64,000 nucleotides of DNA. It comes from a virus (lineage: Duplodnaviria; Caudoviricetes). The stretch is taken from positions 1 to 64,000 of the IMG/VR virus record IMGVR_UViG_3300021399_000127; one strand, 5' to 3'. A program made the translations under genes and the position numbers. Every line of letters begins with the position of its first letter. The stretch's first letter is position 1. Below, in pieces: positions 34,993 through 50,800 of this stretch. Under the pieces are notes generated by a model. The model ran no database searches and was not told the DNA's origin. It was given only the letters and a program-made list of their open reading frames with translations.

Positions 34993-37469
34993 AGAAGAAT
35001 AAACTAAAAACATATAAGAAGATAAAAAATACCAGAAAATTCTCATTGGGTAAACCGATAATTAAATCTGGTTATGAATCAGCATAGGCTGTTGATACCA
35101 CACCGTTAGCTATCAACGAAGGTTATCGAGGATACGGTCAAGAAGGGTCTTCGATAAGAGGCGGAATACTGCCATCTGTATTAGGAACTGCTGGAACAAT
35201 AGGCACATCTATTTATAATTTGGCAGATAAGACAACATCTGCTGCACAAGCTGCTGCAACGAATATAGCTAATGCAGGATTTTCAGAAGCTGGTAATCTG
35301 ACGTCTGCTGGTGTTAATGCATTAAATGGAGCTGCAGAATTAGGAAGTTCTGTTGCAGGATTAAGCACTGAAGCACAGTCTGCGTTATCTGGAGCAGCTG
35401 CTAAATCGTTGTCAAGCTCCGGAAAAAGTGTAGCAAAAGCAGGTCTATCAAAATTAGGTACAGCAATGGCTATAGCTCAGATGGCAAAAGGTACATTTGA
35501 TATGGGTTCTACTTTGGCTGGTTATAGTGACAGACTTAGTGATAGTGAAATAAATTCAACGAGGACTGCTAGTACTAATATGCGAAATGGTGTTGCGTAT
35601 CAAGAGATATCAGGACCAGATATAGCTGGAATAAATGCATATACAGATGCACAAAATAAAGCTAGTACGTGGGGTATGGTTTAGTCAGGAGCTGACATAG
35701 GTGCTGGAGTTGGATCTATAGTAGGATCCTCTTTTGGCCCAATTGGAACTGCGTTGGGTGGCCTTGCTGGTACTGTGTTAGGCGGTCTCACAAACTGGGG
35801 TCTTGATGCAATATTCGGATTTGGACGTAAGCGCAAAAAAGCTATAGAAGATGCCAATAGAAGAGCAGCAATAGCAGCTCAATATACGAATATGTAGAAT
35901 GAAAGTAATGCTGCAACTCAAGGATTACGTAACCAATATAATGAAACACATAGAGCAGCTAAAGGAAAGAATCCTGGTGAGAAATGGTCAACTGGTGATT
36001 ATACTGGTATACAAACTCCATCTGGTCTTACCTATGGAGCTGTACAAGGGTTGGCTCAACCAGCAGAAGGTGAGATAGATATGTTGACAGGCGAGACACA
36101 TTACAACGGGTCTCCGGATCCGAATGTAAAGGATAGTAAAAAGGATATTGTACCAGTTGGTTCAGCAACTGGTGGTGGTGATTATTTTGATGAGTTTGTA
36201 GGTATTCCTGGTGGACCTTTCGCAGATGCAGCAAGACCTTATTTTAAGGCTAACGAACTGATTAAGATGTCATCGTAGAGCATCGATGAAGAACTACAAG
36301 CCAATGCTGATCATAAGCATAGAGATGAAGCTACAAAAAAGTACATATAGAACAGATTAGAGAAGAAACAACAGATGTTACAGCAACAATATCAGTAGAA
36401 CTCATAGTACATACAGGATCTTGTAATGAGCTAGTCAGAACAGACTGCTGGCAGACATTATAGTTGTGGTAAAACACCTAGGTTTGAAACAGGGTCTGTA
36501 CCAAATGTTGCTGATGAGTTATATGAAGAACCACTGCCAGGATATCTAGAAGATTATCTTTTACTAAAAGGTTAGCATTTTAAGTTCACAAACCCGCTAG
36601 ATCGCCCTTCAATACCAAAGGATGCTACTATACCAAACGGTCCTCTTGCGTTAAACATACGTACCACTAAGATTGGAGATACAGATGAAACAAAAGATCC
36701 GTGGTACACAAAATTGTTAGGCAGAGGCGGTAATTCAGCACAACTTGGATTGCCAGCATGGGCAGGTCTTGCTCAGGGTCTCCCATATGCACTACAGACG
36801 TAGATAGCAGCAAACAGACAACAACCTTATGCGGCTAATTCATATGTGTCAAATGCGAATCAAAGAGCAGCGTTAGATATACTTGGAAGGCTTGGGTACG
36901 ACAATACACAAGATAAGATAGCTCTTCTTAATACGGCTAGATAGAACAGGTACAACATCTTGAATACTGGAGGTTTAAGTCAAGGACAGAAGGCTATGCT
37001 TATATAGAATGGTCTTAATCAGCTTGCGTTAGGTAGAACTGCGTTGAATCAAGATGCATATAATAAGAATGCTGCTTATAAACAAGCATATGCTAGCGAA
37101 ATGGCTAAGTATGGTGAAACTAGTGCTGCTAGAGCGCAGGAAGCTCTTTATAGACAACAAGAGGCATTTAGGCAAGCTGTTGGAGCTAAACAAAAACTTC
37201 AGGAACAAGCTAGAAAGAACTGGTACACTATTGGAAGACAAGCTCTTGAGGATTATAACACTAGAGCTAATGCGGAAGCTATGCGTAATTTGTATGACCG
37301 TTAGGTTTCTACACAAGAAGCTGGAATAAAAGCAGAACGTGATAGAGACATAAAGCAAAACAGTACTAATCCTTATTCTTCGAATTACTTGAAGGCAAAA
37401 GCGTAGTACAATACGTTCATTAAGAATTATATACCGCTTACAGATTTATTTAAAACAATAATTAGGTGA
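34989..37469 (+). CDS. virion cargo/ejection protein with Gly/Ala-rich membrane-inserting segments (826 aa)
   Basis: Glycine-zipper GAGVGSIVGSSFGPIGTALGGLAGTVLGG and Gln-rich coils. Directly follows the muzzle gene. Open to TGA 37467-37469. Confidence 0.75.
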
Positions 37470-37470
37470 T

Positions 37471-38814
37471 ATGGTATTAGGATACGAACAACCTGTTGAT
37501 ATACCTGTATAGAGTATATACAACACAGATATGATGAAAACTTACCTCGGCGCCCTACAAAGAGATTATGAGTAGGGTGTTAAGGAGTTTAATGATTTTA
37601 GAGATAAATACGGAGACTTTATAAGTCCTATTGATGGTGCTTCTGAAGAGTACTATAACACCGGTGTTGGAGCTGTAATGAACGTTTATAACAACCTTCG
37701 TAATCAAGGAATAGATCCAATTCGTAGTGTAGAAGGTAGAGGTGCCTTAATGCGTGCTATAAACGGCGTTGATAGAGCTAAATTAGCTAGAATACGTCAA
37801 TCAGCAGATGCAGCTACAAAATACTTAGATGCTGTACAAAAATCAAAAGCAGCTAATACATTTGATCCAGTGTTAGAGGGTATTGCACTGAGAGCAGCAG
37901 GATTTGATCCAGAAGGAAATCTTACAGACGAGTAGCTCGGTAACAATCCTCTTGCTGGATTCGATAACAGCAAACTGTGGACAAGAACTAGTCCGGAACA
38001 AAAATTAGATGTTGTAAATTACTTTAACGACAAGTTTAGTAAAGTTCCACTTAGAACCAAAGAGTTTATAGATAGCGACGGGTTTAAACGTCAACAGTAG
38101 TATAGAGACGATAAGGCAATAGATGCAGTTGTAGATAATGCATTCGATACAAACAATCCTTCTATGAAGTTGATTGTTAACGAAAAGTTGGCAGAAATGA
38201 GACAGTTGGATCCTACTGCAACATTTGATCAAGCAGAGACTGCTGTTAAGGATCAACTCAAAGAACTAGGAAAGACAAACAAACCTTCTGAACTTGATCC
38301 TGGATCAGAACTTAAGTATAAAGAATATCAGCAAACACGACGTGCACGTATCAGTGCTTCTGGTAGTAGAGGAAGTAAGAATAGCAACTTTACCATATTC
38401 GACAACGCGTATGCCAATTATAATGAGAACGTAGGTTACGGTTCAGCTACATATGATCCAGCATACAGAATGAAAGAGGGTATAGGTCTTAAAACAGGAA
38501 TCAATGGAAACCCTATTATATAGGGGAAACAATCAGGATGGGTTATAGATAAAAAATATGCGAATCAGCTTTATGTTAGAGATCACTAGAATGGTGGTAT
38601 AGTTAGAATAGTGAGAGAATACGGAAACAATCCTAACGCCAAAGGCCGTAGTGGAAGAATGCTTAACCTGAAATCGTTAGGACGTGTTGAATGCGTCATT
38701 GTAGATGGATAGCTGCAATACTTTGATGTGTGCGAACCGAAGAACTTTAAAGCACCAGGATCTGAAATTTTGGTTCCTATCGAGAAGCAAATGTACTCGG
38801 GTACTGTAAAATAA
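37471..38814 (+). CDS. second virion cargo protein (447 aa)
   Basis: Fragments 37678 and 38164 are in frame with ATG 37471. Stop TAA 38812-38814. The function is inferred from position. Confidence 0.7.
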
Positions 38815-38826
38815 TAAACACTGACC

Positions 38827-41800
38827 ATGGCAGGTAAAAATATACGTATACAAAAACCACAGGGATTTGAATAGGATGTGGTTAAACAGGATGCGACCGC
38901 TGTGCGATTTACTCAAGCACAACGGATAAGAGAAAAACAAGCATCTGGAAATTTTAATCAAGCAGACGACGCAGTAGCTAAGAGTGAAGCGTAGTCTGCT
39001 AGATATTACAACGAAAGAGAAAGAAAACGTAGAGAGGCTGCAGAAAACGCTAGAAAGCAAAAACAAAGAGAGATAGAGTTATACGAAAAAGCAGCAAAAC
39101 GAAGACGTGCAGCAGAAAAAAGATTCTGGGAAGACAATTCTGCCGAAGAGGAGCAGAAGCGTCGACAGAAAGAAATGGACGAAGTTTCTGACTATCTTGA
39201 CTGGCTTGAGGAGCCTGAGCGCGAAAAGAAAGAAAAGGAGATAGAAGTCGAAAAAGAAGCATAGTTCATAAAGTGGAAAAATGACACTTTTGGAAAAATA
39301 GGAAGTACTGTAATAGGAGCTACACCTCTTGGATATTACAATCTTCGATCCATGTATTGGCTTAAAAACATGTTTGGAAGTGCCACAAAAAGCGGAACGG
39401 ACACTCATATGGCAGCATTGTCAGACGATTTGTCGGAATTAGAGCTGGACAAAGAAGCGTTAGCATCTCATAAAAGAAGGACAGAGCTCATACAAACCAA
39501 GAATGATCTTTAGTCTCAGTATGATGATCTTCTTCGTACTGTAAACTATAAAAAGAATGCTGGTACTAGCGCATCTTAGCAGGAGATGTAGAATCTTGAG
39601 GATCTTGGATCGCAGATAAACAACCTGCAAGCGCAAATAGACGATGAATAGCTTACTTATTTTGACAACCGGTATAAATCGTCATTTGTAGATAGGGCTG
39701 AGAAAAGCAATGGATGGTGGAGTTGGACTAAAAAGACAGCTGAGAATATAAGAGACGCTATCTTCGATGCAGCAGCTTCTATCACAGTACTCGGTGGAGA
39801 TCAAGACAGAGAACAAGCAAAAAGGGTTTAGTAGCGTAGAGCAGCAAAAAATGCTGAAAAATACGATCAAAACAGAGATTAGTATTTGTAGTCTTTAGGA
39901 TTGGATACACTAAGCCCGACGTTGCTGTACCCTGGAGTCGATGCTATGGATCACAACGAGAAATTAGCTGAAAAATGGTATAGTGATCAAATCGACACAG
40001 AAAGTAAGAAGGTTAGAGAACAGAGAATCAACACCGCTAGTCTGCAGGAAGATTTTAACAAGTGGGCACACGTTGACGATTGGTATAAAAAAGGAGAAGA
40101 GCTACATCAGAATGACAAATTATGGAGTCCTGGTTATTGGCAGTACTGCATGGCTGGAATGATAGGATCGTCAAACAGCTCGCCGTCTCAGATGATAGGG
40201 AACGCTATACAAACCGTCGGCATGCTTACAGGCCCAGAAGGAATGCTGCTTGCTGGTGCAGTATCAACTCCGTTTGATATAGCGGGAGGATTAGAAGAAA
40301 ATAAAACAGAAGCGACTGAAAAGCGTACATAGAACTTTAAAGATTCTATGGAACAGTGGGATCCTGAATTTAGGCAAGCCGTGATTGACGATATGAGAAA
40401 TCAAGCGTCTAAGTATTGGAAAAGATAGGGCATGTCTGACAAATGGATAAAGGAAAGATACTAGAGCGACGATAACTTAATACAAGATGCGTTTTCTGGC
40501 GTAGCAGATGGTGCGTTGAATGCACCTCTTGTTCGTCAGGCGCTGCTAGATTCACAACGTGGTTTACAAGCGTTAAAAGACGCAGATAACATTAGAACGT
40601 TGTGGGAAACTGGTAGAGAGAAAGCACTCCAATATGCACCACTAGGGTGGATGATGAAGAAAGGTGCCCGTGTGCTCAAAAGAGTTGGAGGTAAAGCTGG
40701 ATCTTCTTTTATAAACAACGAAGGCAGACTGACTGTTTCATTTTAGAACAGTGCTAGTGTCGCAGAACGTACTGGACAGAAATACTCAAACGGACTAATG
40801 TCGTCTATGAAAAAAGGTTATTCTGTTGCCCACGAGGCTGCAGAAACTGCTGGATTAGGAGGTCCTGCTGCAATAGCGTCTGGAATTATTGGTGCATCTG
40901 CAAACGGTGCTAGAAAGCTTGTGACAAATATGTCTCCTAGATTGGCTGAATGGAGCGACGATGTTGCAAAGACCCTTTCGTTTAAGTACCAAAAGGTGAT
41001 AGACGTCATGGAAAAGAGCGGGCCTACGAGATTCTTACGGAGGTATGGTTTACCATACATGAAGTATGATCTTGCGCAAAGGTTTGCAGAAATGGGAGAA
41101 GAAGAAGGTCAATATATAAATTCCACAAAAGACTTTTCTACAAAGTACGGATATGACGGAATGACTTTCTTTGAGGGTATTGCAAACGATATGGAAACAG
41201 GATCGAGAATAGCAGAAGCATATCTTGCATTATTAGGAATAGGTCACAGTGAATTGTTAAACGATGAGGAATATTGGAAAAATGCGCAAGGTGGATTTGC
41301 ATTAGGTGCATCTAATCCTGGATTCTCGCAAATAGTTACAGGATACAATGCCGTAATGGGTGCGAAGAACACATGGTCAGCATATGATGCAATACAACAA
41401 TATTCTGCTATAAATCGAGAGGGAGACAGACTTATTCGTAGGTCTAATGAGTAGCTGGCAAACATAATAGTTAATGGTGATCCGAGGTCTGTAGTGAATG
41501 CTTTAGAGAAACAAAAGACGGAGGATTCACGTAGAGAGAATTCTAATTATAGGCAAGAAGACTATGATTACACAATCGAGTCAGCATAGACGATTGCAGC
41601 ACTGCATAAAAATAAAAAAGTACGATCGAGATTAGAAAAGATCGGAATAAAACCTGGCACAAAAGAGTATAATGTAGCCATGGCGGATCTTGCAAACCTT
41701 AGTATGCAAGATCGAGAAAATGATGCCGAAAGACAAGAATTGAATGCGGCATTAGCAGAAGCATATTAGAACAAAGAGTTTATAGAGAACGTTGACAAGC

Positions 41801-44800
41801 TGTTTAAAGAAGCTTAGGATGCTCCTGATAATGTTGCAGAAAGAGCTAGAGCAATTGCGCAGCTTAGAAAGAACATAGAAGAGAATGAGACTAAGATTGC
41901 AAAAGAAAACGGTATAGATACGAATTCTAAAGAATTTAAAGACGCACTATAGGAAAAGCAAAAGGCAATTGAAGAAAAGTTTGTAGAACAGTCAAATGCT
42001 AATTCTCGTGAAAATATAATACAGACGATTAAAGCTGTTAGTACAGGAAAGGCTTTGCTTAGAGCAAAAGCTGAGCACAATACTGCAAACGATCTATTTG
42101 ATTTTATCAAAAATAAAACTGGTGTTCAAACAAAAAGGCCTGACGCAAAATACGTAATTGGCGTTATTGACACACAGTTAAAACAGTTAAAGCAGAATAT
42201 AAAAACAATAGATCCTGAATTCGACACAAAGATGTCGGATAGCGATTTCTTACAATATCTCGAAAGCATTGATATTCCACAGCTGAACACTGATGGATTA
42301 GCAGATTTGGAATTAGCTAACGTGATGTTAACTGCAGACAAAGCAATTACGTCTAATTATTTGCAACAGTTCTATGGTATACAAAACCCATAGGTAGACG
42401 AAAAAACAGGAAAGATTAAAGAATCAGAAGTAGTAAATGATTCTAAATATTCTAGGCGAATAAAAGCCATAATGGAAGCTGACAACACGAATGATAAGAT
42501 AAACTGGCTTGTCGCAGACGTGTTAACGGGAGATGCTGTTACAAAACTTACAGACGAAATAAACAAAGAAGAACGTGAGTTGTTCAAGCAATCTAAAATA
42601 AAACAGGAAGAGATTGCTAAACAAAAAAATTAGGATGTTAAAAGTGGTACTGCAGGAAAACCTGTACCAGAAGATACTCCTGATATAAAAACAGCAGATA
42701 TAGAGAGCAAACCCACTCTGAAGCAAAAGCTTGACAAAAACAAAGAAACGTATAGAAAGAGAAAAGAAAAGGCTAAGTAGCAATGGAGAAAACGTCGTAA
42801 CTCAAGCAGGGGAAAAGTACGTGCTTCTTTACTCGGACCACTTTAGGTTATTGTAGATATAGCTACAGATATAAGTTATCTTGCTGCCGTTGGAGCGTAT
42901 AAGTTCTCTCAATTTGTAGATGATGTTGTAGACATATACGGACAACCAATAACCAGCGAGGACATGGGTTATGCTAAACAATAGTACATGAAGGCGCTAA
43001 TTGCTGCAAGATTAAAAAATCCAGAGATCCTCGACAACTTAAGTACACTCGATGAAATACGTGACTACGGAGTAGTTGATAAAACACCATACATTACTCC
43101 AGGCTTAATAAAACTGGATCAGGAAATCGTGTTGCGAATGCAATTGTCAAATATGATGCAAAACAAGGACACTAAGTTATCTACATATTATGACACAATA
43201 GCAACCGTAGACGGGGTAACCAGAGTGTATACAAACGATGCCGAGTACCAACTACAAATAGACGAGAGTTACAAGAGAGAGGCGAAAGATATAGCTTGTG
43301 AGTTTAAGAATGCTACAAACAACGAATCTGCGTTTTTGACTGTTTTATCAAAATACAATCTTGACAAAAAGTATTTAAAGTACCGAACAGTCGATGGTAT
43401 TTCTGAAATGTTGGGTAGAACAGTTGTCACAAAAGGAATAGAGTTGAATCCTGATATAATGTTTGCAAGTGATATTAGACAATTAGCTATTGCTGTATTC
43501 ACATAGGATTATGACACTATAGACAAACTTGTAGACGCATACAAACCATCTGGTAGAAATTTAACGCCTGCTGTTGACGAGCTTCAAAAATTGTACGAAG
43601 CTATAAATGATGCTGGAATGAATCCAGTATGCACAAACAGCAACATATATGGTATAAATAAGGACGGAAAAGCCGTCTCTTCGCAGCTCGATTTGATTAT
43701 TGTAGATTCTGCAGGGTATCTACACGTTATAGATGTATTGCAATCGTACAGAGATGTACAACAGAGGTGGAATCAACCGCCTGGAATGCCAGCCAGATAT
43801 ACAATTAGTCAAAGAGAAAAAGCTATGATGACTCAATTGACTAGTATTCTTGAGACATTATAGTTTATAAATATAGCAGATGTCAGTTGCTTACCGATAG
43901 TAGGAAATGCTGAGCCACATGTAGAGAAACGTATTCCTGTATACGATTCTCCAGAAACAGAGGTTTCTCAAGATACAACAGATCTCGTATCTAAGATAAA
44001 CGACGCAATAGACGATTACAATCAGTTAAAAGACGTCTGTGCTATCTATGATATTAGTTTTGTACCAATGTAGCACATTGCTGCAACAACACACGATACA
44101 AAAGCCGAACAAGAATCTTATATCACCAGCCTTTAGAGAAAACTCGATGAGATAAATACAACAAAGTTGTACGTGTTGAAAAATATAGACGACACTGCAG
44201 AATCATATAACAAGTATGTGGAGCAGGTTGTTAATGATGGTGGAATACTGTTACCACAAAATGTTGAAGATAAAGTCTCTGTTTTAATAGACTGTTGTCG
44301 TGAACTAGATGCAAAAATGGATGAGGTAGCCAACCTTACTCCAGACGATCAAGTATCCAAAACTGTATACGACCAGTTCTTGGTATGCGTATAGGAAGCA
44401 CAATATGCGTTAAATGATGTATTGATGGATCCAGACGCAAATAAAGCGTCTATTAGATCTGAACAAGAACTTATAGCAGCAGCACTTGAAAAACTAGCTA
44501 CAAATAAAGAATATTTCGGACCATCTGCTGTAAACATAATTAGATGGTGGCTACACAAGTTTGATCCAGTAACACAAAATAACACTGCGTACAAGAGTAA
44601 CAGTGCTGCAGCAGGAATTACTGTTCAACAATACATCGATGTTATACAATCATGGCTTGAGACGTTACGAACACACATAAGACAAGACCTAGATGGTGAT
44701 GTAAAACTATAGCAATGGTATTCTACTCTCTTAAATAATCATTTCACAGAACTCATTTAGAATGCAGAAGCATTCTTGAATGATACAGAGATGGTGCCAG

Positions 44801-47800
44801 TCGACTTTAAAAATGAACTACAAGACTTAATAGTTCGAGCAAAAGGCGCCATATATTACTTTAATGATAGATACAAGGTTTAGCAGAACACTGAAGTTTT
44901 AGGTGAACCTTAGAGCGAAGATGATGCCATTAACAGAATGGCGATACAGTGGATAAGTAAGTACGGGCAATCTGTAGCTTATTCTCCAGCTTTTGATAAG
45001 ATGGTTGGTGGAGCTCAAATGGAGTAGAAGTACAGAAACTGGGCTATGATTTATCAAGAGATATCATAGAAACCAGACTTCTTAGAAAAAGCTATATTTA
45101 GCTTCTCTATATCAAAAGATAGCGACGATATAAAATTGTTTATAAAATACAATGATAAGAGTTGTTATCTTCCGTTTATCACAGATATCTCATCATATCC
45201 TGCCGGATCACTGTCACAAGAAGACATACAGTTAATAGAAACATCCAACAAGGCGAAACGTGACTTCTTTATTCCTAAAATGAAGAAGATGATTCAATAT
45301 GTCCAATCTCATCGTGGATGGAGGATTGAGTTTGGAAAATCATTGAATAAAGGTGAGATAATCTACGATACGGATCCAAATGCTCCGTTACACAATGTAC
45401 AAGAGTTTTTGTTTACAGGTGCTAACAGTAAGGATTTGTATACGGTACGCATGTCTGCAGAGGATGAAATAGGAATCCTCATCAAGCGTAACCCAGGACA
45501 AGCTAATGAGACAGAAAAAGTGTACTGTGGAAAACAGCTTAACACTCCCATTCAGTCTTTCGATATGGATAGCAGAAAAGCTAAGTTATATAGGTTTCAT
45601 GCCGGAGCTCTGTTGTTTAACTTTGATACAGGAAATGGTGATAAGATTCCTGTACTACTAGACAGGGCTACCATAGGAGACAACATGGCAGAAAAGCTAG
45701 TCGACCTTATTTATCAAAAAATGCAGGGCCAGACGTATGCTGACGGATATGGTATAGACGACCTGTTGTCTATGGTTTTATACTTAGATAATCCAAACAA
45801 GCGTGCATCACAGTATTCAAATACTAAAAACAAAATACGAATCGATGTAGCTAGTAAGTCTGTTATAATAGGATCTGAAGCTGGAATTCCTATCACCGAT
45901 AGACAAAAGCTTGCACAGAGACTTTCATCCATGCAAATTGTAGTAGATGCAGAAATGTTGAATGAGAACATGCAGTCTACTACACACAGTGTAATCTCTT
46001 CTGCGAAACAGTATCTGAGATTCTAGGATAAAGTTGAACTTCCGAATGGTATTGTTATAAACAAAGATGATATAATACATTAGAACAGTGATGGTTCTTA
46101 TGGGTCTACATGGTTCGGATTCCTATTACGAAACAACCTTATTGGAACTAATGCTAAAAAAACTGGAGGAAAACAACTTAATATAATAGACCCAAAGCTG
46201 GTTAAGGAAGGTAAGAGTAAAGCAGAGTAGGATGTGGAAGATGCAGAACGACAGAAACAAGCGACTGGTCGACTACAGGCCAATGCTGCAGATTTCTGGC
46301 AAAAATTAAGTCGCGGACCATCATTGCATATGGATGTCACCGATTACGAATCGATTTCAAGAACAGATGCTGAGATTAGTTAGTTCAAAACAGATGCTGA
46401 AAAATATTTCGATCTTGTATTTGGGTCACATGACGACTTGTAGATGGATGATAAAGTGTACCCAGGCCTTGTTCCAGGAACTGTGGCTACGGCATACTGC
46501 ACATCTCAGTATGTATATCTGGCAACGTGCGCTCCAGAATCTGCGAAGTTCCATGAGGCATTCCACAAACTAATGGAACTTGTTTTACCGAACAGTCAAA
46601 GAGAATACTTTTATAAGATATACCGAGAGAAGTACGGCAAGAAAGTAGATCTTAGTGATGACAGAGATGTAGCAGAAGGTCTTACTGAAATGTTCGTAGA
46701 TTATATTGAACATGATCTTAAAGTAAAGAGATCTAAAGGGTTTGGAAAATTATACGCATGGTTTAAAAACATGTGGTTTAATGCTGGATTAACTATGAAG
46801 CTTGGTAGGCGTAACGCGAACGCATTCTATAAACTGTATCAAGACATGAATGCCGGAAAGTACGCAAACAAGCAGGTTGCTAAAGAAAACATAGAACGTT
46901 TCGATAGTGTGTTTGGAACAGAAGAGGGCTCTAAGCTTTTCTATACCGTAGAAGATCCAAAATTAAAAGGTTCGTCTTAGGATTTCAGAGAATTGACCGG
47001 AAAAGCTGATCTGAATGATCTGGTAGAGGCTCTTGGCGTGATATATATAAACTCTGTTGGAATATCTACATCAAACATTTTATTTGCTTAGGAGGTTCTT
47101 GAAACAGCTAAAATAGACGATAGAACAGCTCAGCGAATGCTTGACTATCTAAACAATAAAGTTAAGTTAGACGGAAAGACACTTGAAGAGTTATATCCTA
47201 AGATAGCAGAAGTATTTGAGCCTGAGTATGTAGACACTGATGAAAAAGACAAGGACGGCAATCCTATAAAAAAGGCTACTTATCCTAAGTTTAGGGTGTT
47301 GCAGTCTAGATTGTCAGAATACATATCTGAAACTCTTGGAGCTGATTATCATGGAAAGTTTAAGAATGACGAAGACGACGAGGATGAAGCTGTGCAAAAA
47401 CAAAATATCGATAAGTTTGACAGAGCCTCATACGAATTCAGTAAACTGGATAGTGCATCTCAACGTGTTAAGCTATTCCTGTCTACAATAACAAGAAAAC
47501 TACCAAACGGTTTATATGACCACTCTAAGAATAGAACAGGATATGAAACATTTATACCAGCTAATGAGGTGTTCTCGAGGCTTGTGCATGATTTTGGTGA
47601 GGTTCGATCGTTAGACGAGCTACTTCGAATGATGGAGTAGGCTCAGAACAAGAGTCCTATGCATAAAGATGTCTATGAAAAGTTTAAAAAAGCAATAGAA
47701 GACATGTACACGTTTGATGACAATGATAAACTTGTTGTGGATTATGACAAAGAGCAATTCGCAATTCAGTTCTACACGTGTATAAAATCACAGGATATGA

Positions 47801-50800
47801 ACTTCGTGCTGGCTAGAACTAAAACTGACAACAACAGAAAACATACAAACATTATTAGCGCCGGATCAGAAAGAGATGCTATAGCATATCCTAAGATGTG
47901 GAATTCTCTACTTACATCTGGTTAGGTTTCTATATTTAGTAGTGTAAGAACTAAACAAGGAGACTTATAGATAGTTAAAGGACATGAAAACGACTTAAGA
48001 GACGTTGCTGCATTCTTTAGATCTGCAGAAGCAGTTTCGGCCAAAGGTGGATAGATAGAGATTGATGGCAAAATGGTGGATGCGTCTACTCCAGAAGGAT
48101 TTGAACAGTTTAAACAAGAGATTGTAAAACAATTACATCGAATCGGAATAACATTCCCTTATGATGCTCTTGTACACATGTTGGAAGAGCAATTTACAAC
48201 ACCTGAATATGGAGGAAACTCAACAGAAGGTTTGTACGCATGGTTGACCCAACGAAATACTGCGTCCATCACGCCGTTCTTACAAGTTCTTGAATCATGG
48301 GTAGACAAAAATGGAAATGTAAATTCTGAAGTATCAAAGAAAGGCTACACATAGACTGGTTTCGTAAAAGCGCTTGGAAATGCGTATAGCAGATATACAA
48401 AAAGTACAACTCAGAGTATGGTGCAGGCGTTAAATGGAAAATAGTTATATTCTGTGTCTCAGAACTCATCACTGTCACACATAATAAATGCATTAAATAC
48501 GCACGACAAGAACAACTACATCATACAGACATTGAGTAGATTCTCATACAATCTTTTAGATGAAGGTGGGCTGTTCTCTGGATCTATGATTCTTAAGGAA
48601 CTGATTACTAACAACAACTCTACGATGCATTTAAGACTTGCAACACATATTGGTTCCAGAACAGACAATAGTGGCGATTATGGTACTGAATATTCTGAGG
48701 CACCCGAAGTCGACGACTACATGGCAAAATTAGCCTTCCTTTAGAGTGGTTACATTGTACCTTGTACATTCGCAGATAAAGGAACATACCAGGTTATACA
48801 AGGTGTCACATTGCCTGGAATGCAGTTTACAGAGCATTAGGATTCAAACGGAAACACTGTTGTAGATATAGCAAATGTACCTACTATAAAGAAATACGAC
48901 GGAGAGTTTGTAATCATACCGTCCAATGCTGTTCTTGACAGGATGTTGGAGTATGCAAGAACGGAATACAGTGCTATACAGCAATGTATGGTTGATTTAG
49001 GATACAAAGACATTCCCGGATATAATGGTGTAAAAAGAGATCCAATACCAGAGCGTGCAAAGATAAAGAATTACCATACTAATAATGGTGATGTAGAACC
49101 AAATGGTACAAGATTCTTATCTCTAAAACAAATAGTAGTTCCAACCAAAGATGGGCTGAAGACGATAAACCTCAACGACCCGAATAAGTCTAGCGTTGAA
49201 TTGCTTAAAAAAGCGTATGATGAGTTCTTCTCTAAAGGTCTCGATGAACAAAGAGAAATAATGGCATTAACTCTTCACGTACAAACGAAAGAGGCTGTAG
49301 ATTTCGCATTGTCTCGTGGTATCGTGGAAAGCGATAACATTACCATGATACAGAACGGACAGACTGTTGTTGCAGTAGATTCTACAGATCCTTCGAAGAA
49401 GTTAGAGACACTTGTAACAAAACATCTGGACGAACTATAGATAGCTACGTTAACAGAGGCTATTGTTAATGCTAAAAAATGGGGAAATAATATAGCTGAC
49501 TCACAAAAAAGAGAAGCGTATAGAAATGTCGCCAAATCGTTAGCGATAGCAAGTATTCTTGAAGATGCTACTGTTAAGTAGATTATGTCTATAGAGGAGT
49601 GTTAGAGATTGTTCATAGGACATCCTGGTATGTTCAAAGTGAGATACAACAAGAGTGAAAGTAGAATAGCTGATGATACGTTCGACATACAGAAGCGTAT
49701 CGGCGGTATTGTCTCTACTGGTGACGACAACTACCTAAACGACGCACGTGGATTAAGAAGTGAATATCGTTGTGCAGAATTCAAAGACCACGAAATAGGA
49801 CTCCATGCTGATGTAATATCTCAACTCGAAGATGCGTTCGAAGAGTCTGCTACAAAAGATTTGTTGGCTTAGATTCTTTCAGAGCAGAATAAGGAAAATC
49901 ATTATTACGACGAAGAAAGCCCTTATTATGTTTTTGGTCTTAAGAGGAAAGAACTACAAAAAATAATAGACGAATTACCTGAAAAAGATCAAAAACGCAT
50001 CAAAAAGGCTTCTAAAAAAGCAAAAGAGTGGGCCTAGGCGTACTCTAAAAAAATAAACGTAGCTGATGGTGCAGCATACATAACAGACGAAATGTGTGAG
50101 CTTATGCTCAGAGAGCGAGGAGCAGACAATGAGAATGTTAAAAAAGCATTCGAGATACTAAGAAGTGAAGACTCTGAACACTCATGGACAGAAAAAGCTG
50201 AAGCATATGAACTGATATACGAGTAGGCTGCAATTGTTGCAACTAAATATACGGCATATGGTGTCAGACCACATACTGTATCAGACAAAGACGGTAATAT
50301 ACAAAAAGTTTCAGATGTAGCTGTACCATATTACAATAAGTTTGCGTTGTTCCCAATCTTCCCTTGTCTTGCAACAGGGCCTATGAAATGGGTCTACGAG
50401 AAGATGAAGAACGAAAGAGTAGACATGTTGTTTATGGATTCTGCAGTTAAGGTTGGTTCAGAAGGAGCTATCGAGTACGATCCAAAGGCGTTAGATAAAC
50501 CATTCAATGTGTATACGCAACATATGGGATTCCTACGTAGGCAGCTTAACACAGATCCTGAAGAAGGTAATCGTATTGCTATCGGAACGCAGATGGTAAA
50601 GATTGTATTATCTAACTTAAGGTTAGATAGACAATACGGAGACATTAATGGAATTGAGCTTCTCACCTATTTTATGGAAAACATAAAACTATTATCTATG
50701 ATTGGTGAAAACGAAGTTAATGAAATGTTCTTCACCGATGGAGAAATAGATAATAAGAAGCTTAGTGAGTTCTTGAAGAGAGAGCTTTCTAGTAGAGGAG

